Shown here: piece by piece, positions 13,812 through 25,533 of the stretch
Numbering within the stretch: position 1 is the stretch's first letter
Layout of the letters: each line of letters opens with the position of its first letter
Assembly (NCBI RefSeq): GCF_006345805.1
Contig: NC_042998.1
Span: 72,168,001-72,232,000, forward strand
Direction: 5' to 3'
Length of the DNA stretch: 64,000 nucleotides
From: Octopus sinensis
Lineage: Eukaryota
The notes under the pieces: model-generated
Told to the model about the DNA's origin: nothing
The model's database searches: none
What the model saw: only the letters and a program-made list of their open reading frames with translations
Translations under genes and position numbers: made by a program

Positions 13812-13820
13812 ATATAAATA
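13610..13820. repeat. Compound microsatellite (TATC)n(TC)n(TA)n
   Basis: Directly visible. Confidence 0.95.
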
Positions 13821-14899
13821 TATTTTAAAACATTAATCCAGCTGCATTGCTGGATTTATGTGTTTAAATGGATTCTTTTATAAATAAAAACCATAACTGA
13901 TATTTGATAAAATATCAATTTTGTTGTTTTATACTGTATATTTCCTCGTTTCGATATAATATTCAGAAATGTGTTTGTAGCTACATTTTTTATAGCAGGA
14001 AACAAGCAAAGATATTTAGTTGTTCATTTTATTTAATTTCTAAAAAATTACCTTACATATATTTTCTGAATATTAGGTGATACTTAGTGAACTCTAATAC
14101 GATCCATATTACAGTGATAATAAAAACAATTTTACAACGCACATAAACTTATATGCATAGAGGCATATGAAAATATAATATTATTTACATTCGTTAAACA
14201 TTGTATACGTAATAGGTTAATAGGCACAAATATATACTTAAATTAAGAAATTTGACATCCTCCGAGAAAATATAATGTGAATTATTATTGAGAATAAATG
14301 TACATTCTCTACACTCCTCTTTATACTCAATATTTTGTTGGGAAAAAGTACTGTTACGTTTTAAGATAGGAGAAACAAATTTTTTTTTTTCATCTTAATT
14401 AATACATTTAATCTAGATACAATTCTCTTCTATTATTGTATATATAATCCCCATCTACTCCTAACTAAAAACACTGCATCTGAGAACCGACATGGCGCAA
14501 AACAGGGCATATATTTTCTCCAAACTAACTGCTGGGAATTTGCCATTAGAAATTGAAATGTGCAGCTAACATATGTTAACTAACCTTAATGTCGCTCAGG
14601 TATAAATACTGATTGGTGCTAATACAGCTGAATTTCTGTTTTTATATTGTCGTTTTTTGTTTATTAATTATTTCTACATCTTCCCATACCTGATATAATT
14701 AACTACAATTTTCACCTGCCTAGAAATTGTTCTTTCTGCAATTTCGGGTGATATATATAAGATTTATGCTACCAATAACAGAAAATAAATAACCTCGCAT
14801 TTCAAGAATTGAACGCCATTATCTGACTCGAGATGTTATCACTGAAGGTCTCATGTTTTTTACCTGCATACATATACACACACACGCATATATATATAT

Positions 14900-14959
<60 letters not shown>

Positions 14960-14961
14960 CT

Positions 14962-15420
14962 TGCAAGAAAACCTATATGAAACATTTGAAGTAAATTCGA
15001 AGGTATATTGAGGACACATGTGAAAGTTACCGCGTTAATTATTTCCTAATTTTGATCAAATCCTTAGAAAATCTGGAAGAATTCAGCACCCTTCTCGACA
15101 ATCTACACGCTAATCTCAAATTCAGTAGAGAATTGAGCAACACACAATTACACGTTTCTTGACATAAAAACTACAGTTAAAAACTACACCACAATCAAAG
15201 CTGATATTTATTTCAAAAGCACAGATAGACACTAGTATCTAAATTTCAAAACATGACACGCAACACACACAAAACGCAACATCCCATACGGTCTAGCCAG
15301 AAAAAAAATGTAATATAGTAGATGATGCAAATGCCAGTAACATACGACTGATACAACGCAAAGGATTTCTGCTCAGGGAAAAGAAGCTTCTAGTGATGGA
15401 AAATACCCTAAACAAACAAA
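14962..15420 (+). mobile_element. Penelope-like RT C-terminal/thumb remnant
   Basis: LEEFSTLLDNLHANLKFSRE..FLDI..IKADIYFKSTDRH*YLNF..HTKRNIPYGLARK; begins next to a (TA)n tract. Confidence 0.8.
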
Positions 15421-16560
15421 TGAGGTACCTATAGAAAAACTTAGGGCAAAAAACGGAAGACGAATCCATATTTCAGATTGTGATCCTACGCTCTTAGTCA
15501 GAAATCAATATGAGAAAAATTGTAGAGAGAACGAAAAACAACTGAGAGAAAAACTGCGTAGAGTTCAGTGCTCCAACTTGGCGGGATGATTAAAAAAGAA
15601 AAGGTCGAATGAAAGGGAAATAATAATAATGATACACACGAATTGAGGTGCGCAAGCGTGTGTATGCATGTGAGAAAGGTGTATGTGAATGTGATAGTGT
15701 GAATAGGGGCGAGAGAACCTGACGTATGTGTGTGTGTTGTGTATAATATTTGATGTTTTCTTTTTCAAGTGGTATGTGCAAATGTGTATGTGTCTGTGTG
15801 TGTGTATCCTTGTGAACAAACAGTGTCCATGTGTATAATGTATGTTTGTGGGCGAAACTTATTTTTGTCACTTGCGTGTGTGTGCATATATTCTCTCTGT
15901 TCAGGTATTACGTACTTGTGTGGGTGAAGAAGTATATATTGTCTGTGTTCTGGTATTATATGTTTTTGCAGGTGCGAGAATGGGAGTGTGCATGAGGGTG
16001 TGTGGTGTGTGTACTGGGTTAAACAATGTGTGTGGCTGCTCGTAAACTGGTATGTGTCGTGACGATATTGAAGATTGTGTGTCAGTGTGTGAATAATGGT
16101 GTATGATGTGGGTGCTGAGAAGTAGTCGGTGGTAGAGTGTATGGAGGAGAAAGGTGTTTCAGGAAAGTGTGGGAAGGTGTTGTAGGTGTGTGTGTGTGTA
16201 ATGGTGTGTGAAGTGGGTGATGAATTGGAAGTGTGTATGCGTGTTTCTATAGTGGTGAGGGTTCCAAGGTAGGTTGTATGCAGATGTGTAGGTGGAGAGG
16301 CTGTTGAATGTGGGAGATGTGTTGGAATCCGTGTGGAGTTCGTGTCAGATGAAGAAAAAAGTTGCACTAAGCCTGCATAACACAAAGGAATGAAGAGAGG
16401 AGATTAGTCCCTGTTCAGGGTGAAGACCTTGTTCAGGTAGTCCAAAGTGCAGAATTTAGATAATTCTTTATTAACGCTTTTGTCTCATTCGTCGATACTC
16501 TCTATATATGAGTTTTACAGAAATATATTTCTCTTTGTAAAATTTTGGAAGAGGATGTGT
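15421..16560 (-). mobile_element. Decayed PLE 3' region (low-complexity CA-rich UTR plus degenerate hammerhead), opposite orientation to the adjacent RT
   Basis: Minus strand near 15470-15505 reads ttctgactaagagcgtaggatc..gaaat, a decayed relative of the 4100 motif (ctgttgaagagcgtaggctcgaaac). The CA-rich tract explains the spurious 206-aa ORF. Confidence 0.5.
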
Positions 16561-17991
16561 TTATTAATTTCATTATCTATATGTGTATGTATTATATATA
16601 TACATATATATATATGTGTGTGTGTATGTGTGTGTGTGTGTGTATGGGTGCGTATATATGTATGAAAGTATGTGTGAGTGCACATGCATGAGTATGTATG
16701 GTGGCGAACGCCTGGATGGAGAGAAAAAAGATGACAAAAGCGAAAAGAAGGAAGGGAAGAAAGAAACATGGAGAATAAAAGAATGACAGTGAAGAAAGAG
16801 AAAAAATCAAGAATAAAGAAATAAAGAAATATAAATTTATGCACATATATATGTTGAGGGATATATTTACTTGCGTCAGTGGTTACACACTGCCATGTAA
16901 AAATGTGAAGTTATCAAATTATTCTCGGAATGATACCACAATGGTTCCATGTCGCCTTCTGTCACTTTATTTCCAACTTACATTGCTAATCTTCTAATGT
17001 CCAGTATTTATTTTGGAGGAACACATTATATTGAATTTTTCGGCACGGCACTGTATGACTCAGTATCAAGGCATTTTCATACATCTAACAGTCAGCTTTT
17101 TTTCCGAATCCCATACATTTTCACCAACATAGTAGACTGATAAATGTGTTCCCTGAGCAGGAGAAGACCTTGTATCCTGAGCAGGAGAAGCTCTGGGCAT
17201 AGTGGTGATTATCACAACTTACTGTGAAGAATGAAGAAAAGTGAAATGGATAAAGAATGTAGTACCTGAAAATCAGTAGTCGCTATGCTGGGACCAACAA
17301 AATTGGTTGTCATACAGTGTCAAAGCATAATAAACCGAAACTACACAATATTGAAGGAAAGTGAATAACAGTATCTGCACTACACACGAATCCATGGAAT
17401 GATGGCAAAAAAAATATTTTTGAGGGTATTACAAATTTGAGACTTACATACATTGTAAAATGTACCTGTAATATGAATGAGTAAAAGAAAGCAGACAGAT
17501 GTTTCAGACACCAGAATGTAATAAGATAATGACAACGTGATCAAACTGAAGAACATGACAATTTATACATACAATAGGATTAAGTTAAATTTATCACAAG
17601 CTATTATCAAAGCTATGAGCAAAATAAATGTTCTCTGCTGCATATATCAATTACAACAGAGTCAAATTCTAAAATAATTTCAAACCCCAGAGTCAATAGT
17701 TTCACAATTTCAACTACAAATGTATGAGGAGGGAAAACACTAACGATTTCAATGACAACAGGGGCTGCATTAGATGCAATTAATATATAACGGAAAGAAG
17801 AGCTCTTATACACACACAATATAGGTAAATAGCTCCTCTAAGCAGGGGACTGACAAAATATATAGCACTTGCAATAAAATAATGGAACTCATCACACACT
17901 CTAAAAAATATACTTTATCAAAGTGATCGCTTATTCACTGTGTTGAGGAGTGCAAATGCATATATGAAATATTTACTGAAATAAATGAAAT

Positions 17992-18132
17992 AATGCTGTT
18001 TTGTTGTTGTTGTTGTTGTTGTCGTTGTTGATGCTGTTGAAGATGATGATGATGATGATGATGATGTTGATGATCATGATGATCAAGTTGATGACAAAGA
18101 TGATGATGATCATCATCATCATGATCATCATG
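17992..18132. repeat. (TTG)n/(ATG)n/(ATC)n trinucleotide microsatellite
   Basis: Directly visible. Confidence 0.9.
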
Positions 18133-18367
18133 CAACAGGAGATTAAGTGAGTTGGGGATTAAATAGTCATGAATATAAAATATTCTAACTTAACGCCTGA
18201 GAAGAGCGTTTAACTTACTTCAATTGAAGTCAGGTGCATGCGTTACTCATACCAAAAGTTTTCCTATTTCTAGAATATACGTTATCATTTCGCTTATCAT
18301 ACATATGTGTATGTTTTTCTGAGAGGGTACTGTGTCATATATTCCTAAAGACACTAACATAAACACA

Positions 18368-18440
<73 letters not shown>

Positions 18441-18495
18441 TATATATATTACACACAAATACACGCACACACACAAACGCACACACACACACACT

Positions 18496-18526
<31 letters not shown>

Positions 18527-18551
18527 CTATATCTATATATTTTTACAGACG

Positions 18552-19760
18552 CCTTATATATACAGAACAATTTCTGTCTTTCTGTCTCATTGTCACTCTT
18601 TTACCATCTTACTGCGTAAAGCAGCTAGCTAATCTTCACCATACCTTCAACACATGCTAAACTAACATCCAGTTCAATAATAGGCTAATTAAATTTCAAT
18701 ACACGTCTATTATATGCCCCCTAGTCGGAGGGGAGGGTCGAATAATATGATAAAATGAGTAGGGAGCAAAGGGCATTAGTGTGAAAGAAATATGATGAGC
18801 GAGTGAGTGTTACCGCTCTCACATAAAGAGAGACCAGCGTTATCTAAGTGACAAACATTGAGTGGCAATAGGATAGTAACGTTAATACAGCTTCCATATA
18901 TATGAGATGCTGCGTACATGCTTTCCTAAATATATAGTTACTTTCATACTTACGCACAGAGAAAAATACACACACATGCACATAAGTAACTTTTAAAATG
19001 CCCAGGGAGGAGAAAGTGGTGGATGTGAGAAATTTGTAGCTTTGAGGTGAGGGCGGGTACGTGGCCTTTCTGCTGTCCATGCCAAGTGACACTCGCACAA
19101 ATACATACATATACATACACACAAACGTATCTACTATACACCATTTTAAATGCGTATTTACCTGTAAGTACGTTTATAAATTTGTGCGTGTGTTTATCCC
19201 ACGTCCTATAGCTGCTTGTTTCTACTTTTCTGGGGTCTTCTCTGTTGCTATCACATATTGTGAAATTCAAATTACGTCAAAATTATCAAATTTGGAGTTT
19301 TCCACGTAAATTCCAATTGTGTTATTTATATCTTCCAGAAAAATTGCAGAAAAATGTTACTCAGGTTTCAAGTTTAATGATTTTTACTTTATCAGAAAAC
19401 AGCATTTGGAAGCTGACAGATTCTGCATGATAGCTGCCTATCACAAAATGAAAGTATAATCACGAGGAGGAGTTTTTTTTAAAACAAACGAAAGCAAAGC
19501 ATTACTAACACCACAGTTGTATGAACTTCTGAGGTTTTCATAAGTGTTAATGAATAAGGCCATGTGAAACGATCCAACGTCTTGTAAATAATTCGAACAG
19601 AAAGAAAATCCTCAACAAAGTTTGTTACGAAAAATTGCACAAATCTGTCCAGATCAAGAGGATTATTTTTCGGCAAGGCATGGACTGACATGGAATAAAA
19701 AAAATTATATAAGTGATATGGTTGTAAACATTGCCCCGAGGCGACGGGCTATTCAGCTAA
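18552..19760 (+). mobile_element. Non-autonomous Helitron (upstream member of a tandem pair)
   Basis: 3' hairpin gccccg-aggcga-cgggc then tattcagCTAA (CTRR) at 19733-19760. The 5' end is tentative (ttatatatacagaac..tctgtctttctgtc). Confidence 0.5.
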
Positions 19761-19762
19761 TA

Positions 19763-20917
19763 TCTTTATATATATAAAACTGAGAATGTGTGTCTGTGTG
19801 TCTGTCTGTCTGTCTGTGTGTTTCCCTAAAACTTGAGAACTACACAATTAATTTCATTCAAATTTTACACATGCCTTACTTTTGGTCCGGAGAGTGTCAT
19901 CGGCAAAAACATTTTAACTTTTTGCCTAGGGCGAGCCCACAGCAATATCATATCTTCTCCACTACGATTCCCTAAAACTTGAGAACTACACAACCAATTC
20001 CCTTCAAATTTTACACATGCCTTACTTATGGTCCATGTAGTTTCATGGGCAAAAAATGTTCAACTTCTTGCCTAGAGCGAGCCCATAGCAATATCACATC
20101 TTCTCCACTATTTCAGTATTACGTGTTAAAAGTGAAACAAAAACGTTTCTCTATTTTATGTCACATACTTTCACTTTAACAATAAAAATGCTAATAACAA
20201 TTGAATTACATGTAGTAAGTAATAATTAAAATCAAACTAAAGTAACATGACAAAAGTAAAAATAGCAATTGGTATAAAATAGCATCAAAGATTTGAACTT
20301 GAATAAGTGGTTTCACATGAATGGGAATAATTTAAAAATAAAAATAGTCCAGATGGATAATAAAAAATTAAATTAAAGAAAAGACTGTTGCCTATAAAGT
20401 ATACAATGTAGAGAAAAAAGAAGATTTGAACACATGGAGGAAAGCACCTTCGAAAAGTGCCTTGGTGCAACTATGAAAGGTATCTAATCAGAGGCGGTAG
20501 ATTCGCCACAATAGAAGTAAGGTTCGAGTCAACGGAGCGTGCAAGGGAGTACTTGACTCAAACTTGCAAAGTGGAAATATTTTATTCTTACCTTTGTATC
20601 TGGGACGTAGGACGCCCCGGAAAAAAATTTAAAGCCCCCCCCCCAACTAGAGGTAGGCTGGATTGTAGCCACATTTCTATACAAGAGGGACGACAAGATA
20701 CAATTGATCGAAATTACAAGAGACGGGCTAACAATTCCAGTCTGTTATATATTTTGAGTATTGTTATCACTAGCGATATCAAGATATAACTTTGTATTTT
20801 GTATTTTATGTGTAGATGTATATATATATAGATGTACATGTAATATGTACACATATATATACACATATATACATGCACTAAAACTATGAACCGGCAACGA
20901 CGAGTTTTTAATGCTAG
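19763..20917 (+). mobile_element. Non-autonomous Helitron with internal 146-bp tandem repeat
   Basis: Starts a|TCtttatatatataaaactgagaatgtgtgtc(tgtc)n and ends ccggcaacgacgag..atgCTAG|t. Confidence 0.7.
19822..20110. repeat. Tandem repeat, 2 x 146 bp
   Basis: ttccctaaaacttgagaactacaca..tcttctccacta starts at 19822 and again at 19968. Confidence 0.95.
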
Positions 20918-20987
<70 letters not shown>

Positions 20988-21557
20988 CACGTTCCTCATG
21001 TGTATGCAGTTTTGTTCTGCCATAATTGTAATAATTTAAAATGTATTGATTGTAAGATTTGTAAAATTACTATCCTTATAACTTCCAGAAATATCTGTGT
21101 ATTTATTATATTCTATATTATATCTAATGTGAATAACAAAATGCATCTAATATTAAGAATATTAGTAATAACTGATTATTGTGTATGCTTATAAATGCAA
21201 ATGTGTATGTACATTTCAGTATATATATATAAGTATTTATGTATATTTATATATGTATGTATATGTGTATATAAGTACTTAAATGTATGAGTATTTTTAT
21301 GTATATTTTATATTTGTATTTACAGTGCAAATAACGGACAGAGTCAAAACTATTGAGAAGGTTGCAACACGCAACGAAACTTTTAGGACAATAAAAATAA
21401 AAAATAAGTGGAAATCTTACCGGTGAGTATGTTAAATAATAAGGCGCAAAAAGAAAATGACTCTCCTCAGACACAATAGAATATGCTTCAACACTCGAAC
21501 TCATATAGAGAGTCTTGCAAACCAAATGCACAAACGAAATATATATATATATATATA

Positions 21558-23876
21558 TTGATAAACGGTAAGATACCAAAAGAAAGAAAGAGACCTCAAT
21601 ATTATGTAAATAGAGGAATTTATCTATACCATATGTTACATTACTCGGTAGTCAAGATAAAACTCTGAGTTTCAGATGCCGAAGTGGAAATCCACAACAC
21701 CATCTCTTCGGTTATCTGGCTATTTGAAAACGTTATGAAAAAATACCGTTAAAATGAAGGGAATTACTCTGTTATAACTCTGCTTTGCCTGCGTACTTAT
21801 ACATCGCTCGCATTTTTCGTCATAAAAATTATATAAAAATACATAAAAATATATAAAAATATATAAAAATCTTCTTGGGACATAACACAGAAAGCATGTT
21901 CTATCCGTTTTCTTTAGGGGACCAAAAACGTAACAGAAATTTAGTCACATGTGGGCATGATCCGAAAAGCTCTGTCCTTGTATTTAGACATGTGGTAGGG
22001 TCTAAGCTGCTTTTCCAGATAAGCCATCTCTCCATGTCGCATAAACCGCACCTTCCGCTGCCGTAGTATAGGGCTTACATCTGGCCAAATCTTCCATTTA
22101 TGTATAAAATCGACACCTTTATCTCTTAAGACCAAATATGATTGGATAATTGTGTCGCTTTTCTTTTGTTCCAGTGCCTAAAGCTCAAAGTGTGGTTATT
22201 GAACCTGGCCTTGAAATTACCCTCTGTCAGGCCCACGTATTTTCTTCGTCGAAACGGTGTCTTTAGTGGTTATAGAGTTTACGGTAGCTTCATATATGAT
22301 GGTCTTGGACATGCAAGCTCCATTTAGCGGGCACAATTCTTTATTCCTGCATGAACAGCTGTTTTCTTCTTGTGTTTTTTTGTATGTTATGATTGATTAT
22401 GTTTTTAAAATTGGTAGTTGAACTAAAACTTTTTTAACTTGTGTCTATTGAAGAGTTTCCTATAAGCATGGTTAACTGGAAAATGTCTATCTATCAGTGC
22501 TAGGAATATTCACCTATATTGAAGGCCACCTCGGTGAGTAGGGGGCGTAAACCAGATGACCTTACTATTTCTATTATTCCTTTTCCTTATTGTTGGGCTG
22601 GTGATAGGTGTTATTTTATTATTTTTTCGCTAAAACCACTATCTTTTAAAGCTTTATTATAAACTGGGGCAACGCTATTGAAGATGTCCTCATTAGATGA
22701 GAGGCTAGAATCCTCTTACTAATATTTTTAACTAAATTTTTGAATACTATAGGGGGATGGCATGAACCTACATTAATATAACTTAGTCTATCATTGGGCT
22801 TCCTATAAGGCTTATAATATATTATTAAGATCTAAGGAAACGACTAAGAAATTGACAACCGTCAGGTAGTGTCTATAGTTATACTAAGTCCGAAGTGTTT
22901 CATTAACTGGATAATATCCTTCCTAAAACGATCTTGTGCTGGTCCATTTGTATTAGCTGTTAAGGCGAGGGCATCATCTTTGTGGCCTTCAATATAGGTA
23001 ATATTTCCTAGCACTGATAGATAGACATTTTCCAGTTAACCATGCTTATAGGAACTTTCAATAGACCAATTTAAAAATTAGTTTTAGTTCAACTACCAAT
23101 TTTAAAAACATAATCAATCATAACATACAAAACACAAGAAGAAAACAGCTGTTCATGCAGGAATAAAGAATTGTGCCCGCTAAATGGAGCTTGCATGTCC
23201 AAGACCATCATATATGAAGCTACCGTAAACTCTATAACCACTAAAGACACCGTTTCGACGAAGAAATACGTGGGCCTGACAGAGGGTAATTTCAAGCCAG
23301 GTTCAATAACCACACTTTGAGCTTTAGGCACTGGAACAAAAGAAAAGCGACACAATTATCCAATCATATTTGGTCTTTAAGAGATAAAGGTGTCGATTAT
23401 AACATACAATGGAAGATTTTGGCCAGATGTAAGCCCTATACTAACGGCAGCGGAAGGTGCGGTTTATGCGACATGGAAAGATGGCTTATCTGGAAAAGCA
23501 GCTTAGACCCTACCACATGTCTAAATACAAGGACAGAGCTTTTCGGATCATGCCCACATGTGACTAAATTTCTGTTACGCTTTTGGTCCCCTAAAGAAAA
23601 CGGATTGAACATGCTTTCTGTGTTATGTCCCAAGAAGATTTTATATATTTTTATATATTTTTATGTATTTTTATATAATTTTTATGACGAAAAATGCGAG
23701 CCATGTATAAGTACGCAGGCAAAGCAGAGTTATAACAGAGTAATTTCCCTTCATTTTTAACGGTATTTTTTCATAACGTTTTCAAATAGCCAGATAACCG
23801 AAGAGATGGTGTTGTGGATTTCCACTTCGGCATCTGAAACTCAGAGTTTTATCTTGACTACCGAGTAATGTAACAT

Positions 23877-23878
<2 letters not shown>
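21558..23878 (-). mobile_element. Penelope-like retroelement (RT thumb + GIY-YIG endonuclease), 5'-truncated with a ~0.9-kb inverted copy of its 3' part
   Basis: Minus 22981-22530: DDALAL..RFRKDIIQLMKHFGLSIT..YKPYRKPNDRLSYINVGSCHPP..VIWFTP. Endonuclease: CSCRNKELCPLNGAC..IIYEATV..YVGLTEGNFK..LSNHIWSL..CGLCDMER..LNTRTELFGSCPH. Arms 21631-22529 and 22982-23878; (TA)n on both flanks. Confidence 0.93.
23792..23854 (+). ncRNA. Hammerhead-like motif in PLE terminus (mirror copy 21655-21717, minus strand)
   Basis: agataa-CCGAAGA-gatg..catct-GAAACTC-a-GAGT-t-ttatct: 6-bp stem I, extended stem II, near-palindromic stem III; non-canonical core. Confidence 0.55.
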
Positions 23879-23917
<39 letters not shown>

Positions 23918-23919
<2 letters not shown>

Positions 23920-24168
23920 AATACTCCGACCGTTACGAGGACGAGTGTCCCCACGGATGCGACCAAAGTTGTCAGTGTTATTCAGAGTGACACAAAGTGT
24001 GAAAAGGTCGGCCCTTTGAAATACAAGTACTACTAATTTTTCTAGCTGAGTGGACTGCAGAATCGTGAAATAAAGTGTCTTGATCAAGGACACAGTGTGT
24101 CGCCGAGATTGAACTTACGACCTGACGATCGCCAGTCGAATGCCCGAACCACTAAGCCGCGAGCCTTC
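23918..24168 (-). mobile_element. tRNA-derived CORE-type SINE (family C)
   Basis: Minus strand: ggctcgcggcttagtggttc (A box), agttcaatctc (B box), tgtgtccttgatcaagacactt (CORE-like). Confidence 0.8.
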
Positions 24169-24276
24169 ACACACATACATACACACACTCACACATATAT
24201 ATATACATATATATATAAATATATAATATATATATATATATATATGTGTATCTATATACGTGTATGCTTATATATC

Positions 24277-24327
<51 letters not shown>

Positions 24328-24962
24328 GTGTGTATATATATCTTGGAATTTTTACTTACGTGACTTAAGTAATCATTCGGTTTAAGAAAGGATTGGTGTA
24401 TTCTGTGCTCATTCGGAGTGTGATGTCCAAGGTGTTAACTTTACTATATTCATTTTCAATCGTGATAGAACAGCTGTTTGTCTACGAGACCTCTCTAAGT
24501 TAAACTTTTAAGAACTCACATAGTAAAAAGAACGTCGTCGGTAAAATGAATCAGGAAATCCACTACGTATGCATTGAAGAGTATACCTCCCCACTAAGTC
24601 TATTAGTCGGGTGGGATCGCTAGACCAGATATTATCTGAACAACCATTTCTAATACAACACTTTCCTTCAAATTCTATTATAGTATATATTACATCCTTG
24701 TGTAAGATAGGTGTAACAGACGAGTGACAGGTTGATATAGGTAAATGAATGAATGTTGTTTTTTATTCATTGATATCACTAATATCTACAAATCAGTCTA
24801 TTATTTCTGCAGAATTAGACCATAGACTTAATTTGACTGTTGTCGAAGCTTAGATATGTGCATATCAATCAGATATTTAATCATAACATCATCGAGTCTT
24901 CAGGGGCATACTATTCAATCTAGTATCTATTGGTCTATCTGTCTGTCTGTCTCTCTCTCTCG

Positions 24963-25005
<43 letters not shown>

Positions 25006-25013
<8 letters not shown>

Positions 25014-25490
25014 TTGGTGAATTGAAGAAATGGAGCTGAACGAAGATTGAACAGAAATCGTTTTATTTCATTCTACACGTGTTTCGAAAGGCACAATTTA
25101 CCAAAATCCGATTGAATAATGAGACCATATTGTGTCTTTCTCTTCAGGAAGAAATAGGGAATCCGTTGGAAAAAACAAAAACAAATTCCCTATTTCTTCC
25201 TGAAGAGAAAGACACAATATGGTCTCATTATTCAATCAGATTTTGGTAAATTGTGCCTTTCGAAACACGTGTAGAATGAAATAAAACGATTTCTGTTCAA
25301 TCTTCGTTCAGCTCCATTTCTTCAATTCACCAATAATATTAAAATTCAATTATCCGCACCAACGCACGGTTGCAACACCATATGGTTGTACCTCCAATCG
25401 TGCTGTCTTCTGCTGTGATTTTTGCTACCAAGGTATCGGTTAAACTTTTGATTAATCTGCTACAAGATTATTCATCTTTCTATTTCACAT
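25006..25490 (+). mobile_element. Short non-coding PLE-type insertion with inverted termini, in (TA)n
   Basis: 157-bp arms 25006-25162 and 25185-25341 (one mismatch seen), 22-bp spacer, ~150-bp 3' extension, (TA)n on both flanks. Confidence 0.8.
25191..25283 (+). ncRNA. Type I hammerhead ribozyme (mirror copy 25064-25156, minus strand)
   Basis: tatttcttc-CTGAAGA-gaaagacacaat..attgtgcctttc-GAAAC-acgt-GTA-gaatgaaata: intact core, 11/12-bp stem II, palindromic stem III, predicted cut after 25273. Confidence 0.82.
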
Positions 25491-25501
25491 AATATATATA
25501 T

Positions 25502-25533
<32 letters not shown>

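Noticed and set aside
13335-13817. 160-aa ORF and the similar YIYI/HTHT/CVCV ORFs across the window
   Set aside because: Translations of microsatellites.
15765-16385. 206-aa His/Thr-rich ORF, the longest in the track
   Set aside because: Low-complexity CA-rich sequence that lacks stops for compositional reasons.
17935-18135. Poly-His/poly-Gln ORF resembling a transcription factor tract
   Set aside because: Pure trinucleotide repeat with no flanking domain.
19822-20110. Repeat arrays as CRISPR candidates (also 54749-55291)
   Set aside because: Long tandem units without unique spacers, eukaryotic context and no cas genes.
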